Assembly (NCBI GenBank): GCA_043801585.1
Contig: JAZDLX010000224.1
Coordinates: forward strand, 1 to 10,701
Origin: a bacterium
GTDB taxonomy: Bacteria; Electryoneota; Electryoneia; Electryoneales; Electryoneaceae
Reading direction: 5' to 3'
Length of the DNA stretch: 10,701 nucleotides
Below the pieces are notes generated by a model, which saw only the letters and a program-made list of their open reading frames with translations, was not told where the DNA came from and ran no database searches. A program made the translations under genes and the position numbers. Within the stretch, counting starts at the first letter, position 1. Every line of letters begins with the position of its first letter. This document shows, one piece after another, positions 6,619 to 10,701 of this stretch.

Positions 6619-8172
6619 ATGCGGATCGAAAGGGTGGCAGTGGGACTCGCAGCGATGCTTCTGGCCGTCTCGGTGACAGCCCAGGAGCCCTCCGGTCTCG
6701 CCCGCAGGGGCGCCGCCCTCACATCCCTACCGTCAGACAGCCTTAGCACCCTCGATGTGGACCGTCAAACAGCTGATCAGTTGTACGCGGAGGGACGCAC
6801 ACTCGAGTCGATGGGACGTCTGCAGGGAGCGTACGAAAAGTTCCGGCTGGCGTACTGGAGCGACACCACCCACTTTCGCAGTGTCTACCAGGGTGGACGC
6901 CTGCTCGACCGCGTCGGCTACCTCGATCAGGCGCACGCCGCCTACCTTCAAGCCATCGTCATCGCACCGGATTTCTACCCCGCATGGGCCAGCCTGGGAA
7001 TTCTGCTGGCGCGGGAGCAACGTTCGGACGATGCCTGGGAAGCGTTTGAAGGTGGGGTCAAGGCTGCACCGGATTACGCTTCCGCGTGGCGAAACCTGGG
7101 ACGAGCTTCAGCGGTTCTCGGGGAACTGAAAACGGCAGAGGAATCCTATGAGAAAGCGGTCGAGCTACAGCCGGAGGACGTCACGAGTCGTGTTTCCCTC
7201 GCGCTCCTTTATTCGTGGGACTGGAAACTCGCCGAGGCGAGGACACAATTCCGAGAGGCGCTCAGACGGCAGCCGGAGGACGCTCGTGCCCAGGCGGGGC
7301 TTGCCTGGGTCGAGAGCCAGCCTGTGGGTGTAGCCACCCCACGGCGAGCGCTGGAGCCGGATGTGCCTCCACGACCGCCCTCCATGGAACAACCGGGTAA
7401 AAAGCCCGACTGGGCGTTTCGTGCCCCTGAACCGACAGTCGAATACAGCGAATTGAGAACGCGTCGCGGTATCGCCCTGACACAGTTGGGACGGTACGAA
7501 GAGGCGCTGCCCGAGCTGGAGGAGGCGGCACGTTATGGAACCCGGGACGAACGTGTCTATGCCGCGCTCGGGTACACACGCTACCGCCTCGGGGACGATG
7601 CCGGGTCCGCAAATGCCTACTCGCAGGCAATTGAGCTCGCCATCGTGCCCGAACCATGGTACCACATCAACCGCGGAGCGGCGCTGGAACGGTCGGGACG
7701 GTTCGGTGCGGCGGCAAAGGAGTTTAAGAAGGCGATCAAGATCGATGAACGCTCGGCGCGAGCCTGGTTCGCGCTCGGTGTGCTCCGCCTCGATACAGGT
7801 GATCCACGCAGAGCGTTGAAATCGCTGGTCAAGGCGGTGAGGTACGATTCAAACTATGGCCCCGCGCACGCGGCGCTCGGTGTCGCGTTGCTGCGCCTCG
7901 ACCGCAAAGAGGATGCTCTTCTCGCCTATCGAAACGCCGTCGTGCTGATGCCGGAAGATCCGGACATACGGATGAGTCTGGCGCGTCTGCTCGATGCACA
8001 GGGCTACCATCTCGAGGCGGCGCAGGAGTACCTCGTCTACGCGGGATTGGTTAAGGATGACAGTACGCTGAAAGAATGGCGTGAACTCGCTCTGCGCCGT
8101 GCACAGGAATTGGCGGCGTTTGAATCAGCGTCTCCAACAAAGGGACAATCCCTCGGGATGATTGACAGGTAG
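6619..8172 (+). CDS. Secreted/periplasmic tetratricopeptide repeat (TPR) protein
   Basis: The likely start is ATG 6619 with AAGGGA at 6605-6610, giving the signal peptide MRIERVAVGLAAMLLAVSVTA-QE. There are many 34-aa TPR motifs (e.g. AWRNLGRASAVLGELKTAEESYEKAVELQPED) in two blocks separated by a Pro-rich linker. The ORF track start at 6592 is TTG and less likely. Confidence 0.9.
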   Translation: MRIERVAVGLAAMLLAVSVTAQEPSGLARRGAALTSLPSDSLSTLDVDRQTADQLYAEGRTLESMGRLQGAYEKFRLAYWSDTTHFRSVYQGGRLLDRVGYLDQAHAAYLQAIVIAPDFYPAWASLGILLAREQRSDDAWEAFEGGVKAAPDYASAWRNLGRASAVLGELKTAEESYEKAVELQPEDVTSRVSLALLYSWDWKLAEARTQFREALRRQPEDARAQAGLAWVESQPVGVATPRRALEPDVPPRPPSMEQPGKKPDWAFRAPEPTVEYSELRTRRGIALTQLGRYEEALPELEEAARYGTRDERVYAALGYTRYRLGDDAGSANAYSQAIELAIVPEPWYHINRGAALERSGRFGAAAKEFKKAIKIDERSARAWFALGVLRLDTGDPRRALKSLVKAVRYDSNYGPAHAALGVALLRLDRKEDALLAYRNAVVLMPEDPDIRMSLARLLDAQGYHLEAAQEYLVYAGLVKDDSTLKEWRELALRRAQELAAFESASPTKGQSLGMIDR

Positions 8173-8425
8173 AGGGTTTCTGGGTCTACAGCCGGAGGTC
8201 CCGGCGAGGACCCCTGGACGTCAGCGTGACGTCTTGCGAAGGAATGAGGAAGGGACGAGCATTTTCCGCGCCGCGCGGAGGTACCATCCTCGCATGAACC
8301 CGTCGGGCTTCATTTGCAAGGTTTGCGAATGCGGTCTGACGGGTTCGATTTGTTGTCTCTTGCCCTTCTGTGAAGTCTTCGTGTCTGCGCCTTTCCATAA
8401 AACCGTGCACATTGGGTTAGGCAGT

Positions 8426-8665
8426 TGTCATTGCGAGGAATCAGCCAGCTGGCTGATGACGAAGCGATCTCGTCATGGCATGTGCTCCTGTTTGCTTGCA
8501 AACAGAGTTTATGCTAATTCGCTTCTACGTTCCGTCGGTTCTTTAGCGTAGCGGAAAACCGACGGAAGGGCAGGGTCAGGGTGGTCCGTCAGGGTAGCTC
8601 GCCAGGGTGGTGGCCCGCCTAGTCCTGTCCGCCGACTGGCGGATCGATGGCCGGGTTTCTACTAT
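8426..8665 (+). repeat. REP-like palindrome cluster 3
   Basis: 8426-8471 TGTCATTGCGAGGA-atcagccagctggctgat-GACGAAGCGATCTC (CGTC/TGTC-type REP); 8480-8512 relative of 6288-6330; 8530-8567 TTCCGTCGGTT/AACCGACGGAA stem; 8571-8608 stacked CAGGGT(GG/AG) heads; 8609-8665 relative of 602-658 (49/57 identical by my count). Confidence 0.85.
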
Positions 8666-8697
8666 CTCAGGTTTCAGTACGATTCTTGCCGGACGCC

Positions 8698-9387
8698 TCA
8701 GCTCCATTTCTTCACCGCCACCGCCCACGCCTCCACTGCCTCTCTCCTCGCACCTGCCTGAACAGCAGCATCGGCAATTCTCATCACTCGGTCGCCTTCA
8801 ATCGGCCGTAACCTCCCCCTCCCCCCCGCGAGCAGAACTGTCCGGGCGACGGCATCGAGTATTTCCATTCGAGCCAGTGCCTCGTCCATGTGGACGCCAA
8901 CGGTGATCGCTCCGTGACGGTCGAGCAGGATTGCGTCACGTTTTATGACCCAAGTCGCAACCGCTCTACCACCCCCTGGTGTCCCCGGAACCGCGAATGG
9001 AGCAGTTGGCACGGAGCCGAAAGCATAGGCCGCCTCGACGAGGGGGACTGCGTCGAGTCCCTCGCCTCGAAGCATCAGGGCAAGCGCGTTAACCGGGTGG
9101 GCGTGCACAACGGCATGCACATCCGGGCGCAGACGGTAGCAGGTCAGATGAGCCTCGCTTTCGCTGGACATCGAGCGGGAACGTTTTTCCACCACTTTCC
9201 CCTCGAGGGAAATCCGGAGGAGATCCCGCTCGGTCAGTTCGCCTTTGAACGCACCACTGCCGGTGATCAAAATGGTCTCGTCCTCGAGACGAATCGAGAG
9301 ATTTCCCTCGGTTCCGGCGATCAGTTGACGACGGTCCAGCCGTTGGCCGGCGTGGATCAGGACCGCTTCTGCACTTTTAAGATCCAC
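8698..9387 (-). CDS. Class II aldolase/adducin family protein (FucA/MtnB-like, Zn-dependent)
   Basis: Motifs GTEGNLS, ITGSG, SSE...H, VVHAHP and LLDRHG give the catalytic Glu and three metal-binding His. The likely start is GTG 9387 with GGAGG at 9392-9396 (229 aa). The upstream part of the 9789 ORF is antisense to the GT2 gene. Confidence 0.9.
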   Translation of the reverse strand: MDLKSAEAVLIHAGQRLDRRQLIAGTEGNLSIRLEDETILITGSGAFKGELTERDLLRISLEGKVVEKRSRSMSSESEAHLTCYRLRPDVHAVVHAHPVNALALMLRGEGLDAVPLVEAAYAFGSVPTAPFAVPGTPGGGRAVATWVIKRDAILLDRHGAITVGVHMDEALARMEILDAVARTVLLAGGRGRLRPIEGDRVMRIADAAVQAGARREAVEAWAVAVKKWS

Positions 9388-9559
9388 CGTTCCTCCACTG
9401 TGCAACGCGATCAAGGTAGGCAGACAAAGGCGATGAAGCCAACGCTGCCGCGGAAGTGGCATCCGAGGGGTGCAGGAGGGGCTGTCGCTGGGCCGGCGTT
9501 GCGGCGGGACAGGCAGCCGACTATCTTCGCAAACAGAGACGAGTGAAGGAGCGAGAACT

Positions 9560-10387
9560 ATGGCTGATACACTTCGGCGCATTCCGACCCTTTCGGTCAT
9601 TATGATTGCGCGTAATGAAGCTTCACGAATCAGAGAGAGCCTTCGATCGGCGGCCTTTGCCGACGAGATCGTAGTGGTCGACACTGGTTCCATGGACAAT
9701 ACCCGCGAGATTGCCCGCGAAGAGGGAGCTGTTGTCGTGGAGCTCCCATTCTCCGGGTTTGGACGAACGAAACAGAGCGCCATCAACAAGGCGACCTGCG
9801 ACTGGGTGTTTGTCCTCGATGCGGATGAACGAATCTCTGCGGGATTGCGTGATCAGATTCTGAGCGCCATTCGGAATGCTGGGTCCTTTTCAGGGTATCG
9901 GGTGCACCGTCGCGGATGGTTCCTTGGTCGTCCGATGAAGCACGGTGGTTGGGGACACGACGAGGTGGTCAGACTCTTTCTCCGTGGTCGTGGGCGGATG
10001 ACTCCCGACAGCGTGGACGAGCGTATCGTCGTCGATGGGCAACTTGGCACCCTGGAGGGGTTGATCGAGCACCAAACAGATCCATCGTTTCCCCACTATC
10101 TCGCCAAACTGGACAAATTCACCACCCTCGCCGCGGAGGGATTGGCGTCCAGACCCTACCGCGCGGTGGGTGTCCTGCCCGGCCTGGTTCATGGAACATC
10201 CGCGCTGATCAAACAGCTCCTGATGCAACAGGGATTCCGGGATGGCAGCCGTGGTGTACTTCTCGCACTCTCCAAAGCCTATGCGGCCTTTCTCCGTTAT
10301 ACGAAAGCGGGAATGATCCGGCGGGGTGAAGGAGATGTCTTCATCCGGCACGAATTAAGCGAAGTGGACCGCCACGACCATCAGTAG
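9560..10387 (+). CDS. Glycosyltransferase family 2, WaaE/KdtX-like (LPS-core beta-1,4-glucosyltransferase-like)
   Basis: Motifs LSVIMIARNE, EIVVVDTGSMDNT, GFGRTKQ, WVFVLDADE, RLF and GFRDGSRG. ATG 9560 has AAGGAG at 9546-9551 (275 aa). Confidence 0.92.
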   Translation: MADTLRRIPTLSVIMIARNEASRIRESLRSAAFADEIVVVDTGSMDNTREIAREEGAVVVELPFSGFGRTKQSAINKATCDWVFVLDADERISAGLRDQILSAIRNAGSFSGYRVHRRGWFLGRPMKHGGWGHDEVVRLFLRGRGRMTPDSVDERIVVDGQLGTLEGLIEHQTDPSFPHYLAKLDKFTTLAAEGLASRPYRAVGVLPGLVHGTSALIKQLLMQQGFRDGSRGVLLALSKAYAAFLRYTKAGMIRRGEGDVFIRHELSEVDRHDHQ

Positions 10388-10411
10388 AAGTCTCTACAGA
10401 TCAGTTGTTTC

Positions 10412-10437
10412 AAAAGGGGTTCCAGCGACCCCTTTTT
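10412..10437 (+). terminator. Intrinsic terminator, probably bidirectional, downstream of the GT2 gene
   Basis: AAAAGGGGT-TCCAGCG-ACCCCTTTTT, with an A-tract before and a T-tract after the stem. Confidence 0.8.
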
Positions 10438-10579
10438 CTGTTGATCATCCCGAAAAACATCAATAATGGAGAGAATATTTTACCACATCTGGCGGCCTGT
10501 CTTCGCTAATCCATGCGGTCCGGTTGCCCCGCTTGCCATGTCGCAGCAAAGCGAAGACAGGACAGCCGGGAACAATGAT

Positions 10580-10654
10580 GGGCGACCCGGCCAGTCGAGT
10601 GGGTGGCCCGGCCAGTCGACGGGTGGCCCGACTGCTATGTAGAGCAGTCAAGGG
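10580..10654 (+). repeat. REP-like cluster 4: two tandem truncated heads followed by a hairpin unit
   Basis: GGGCGACCCGGCCAGTCGAGT / GGGTGGCCCGGCCAGTCGAC / GGGTGG-CCC-GACTGCT-ATGTAG-AGCAGTC-AA-GGG. Confidence 0.8.
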
Positions 10655-10701
10655 TCATGTGCCTTCTCCGCCTGTTTTCCCTTGACCGTGTTGTCGTGCT
10701 G

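Noticed and set aside
8292..8350. Integron attC site (AAC...GTT hairpin)
   Set aside because: The ends CATGAAC/GTTCGAT do not fit RYYYAAC/GTTRRRY, and there is no cassette array or integrase.
8162..8551. Cys-rich 129-aa ORF and overlapping short minus-strand ORFs
   Set aside because: They run through hairpins and REP units, have no convincing RBS, and the Cys spacing is not coherent.
9388..9789. Extended N-termini of the aldolase (to 9789) and GT2 (from 9470), implying overlapping divergent genes
   Set aside because: Both genes have SD-supported internal starts (9387 and 9560), leaving an ordinary 172-nt divergent intergenic region.

Overview
GC-rich bacterial chromosomal window with mostly unrelated housekeeping or envelope genes. 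In order: the 3' end of a probable LDH-like malate dehydrogenase with an unusual Lys/Ala-rich histone-H1-like tail (<1-247,+); a 73-aa CxxC-x12-CxxC small protein with a strong RBS, its own terminator and a sigma54-type promoter (745-966,-), which the ORF track shows only as part of a longer ORF; a 1128-aa DUF4175-like membrane/Ig-like/coiled-coil protein (-); an MFS transporter (+); a secreted TPR protein (+); a class II aldolase (-); and a GT2 glycosyltransferase (+). The most striking non-coding signal is in four intergenic regions (257-658, 6252-6399, 8426-8665, 10496-10654). These are mosaics of REP-like palindromes, all in the same orientation, sharing the grammar (GG)GTRG-CCCG...CGGG-TTT. 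They include stacked truncated 5' heads and exchangeable loop inserts: a 16-nt T-N5-N4-N5'-A hairpin cassette and GCGNAGC mini-hairpins. No transposase, tRNA/rRNA or CRISPR array is visible. All family assignments come from reading motifs by eye; no searches were run.
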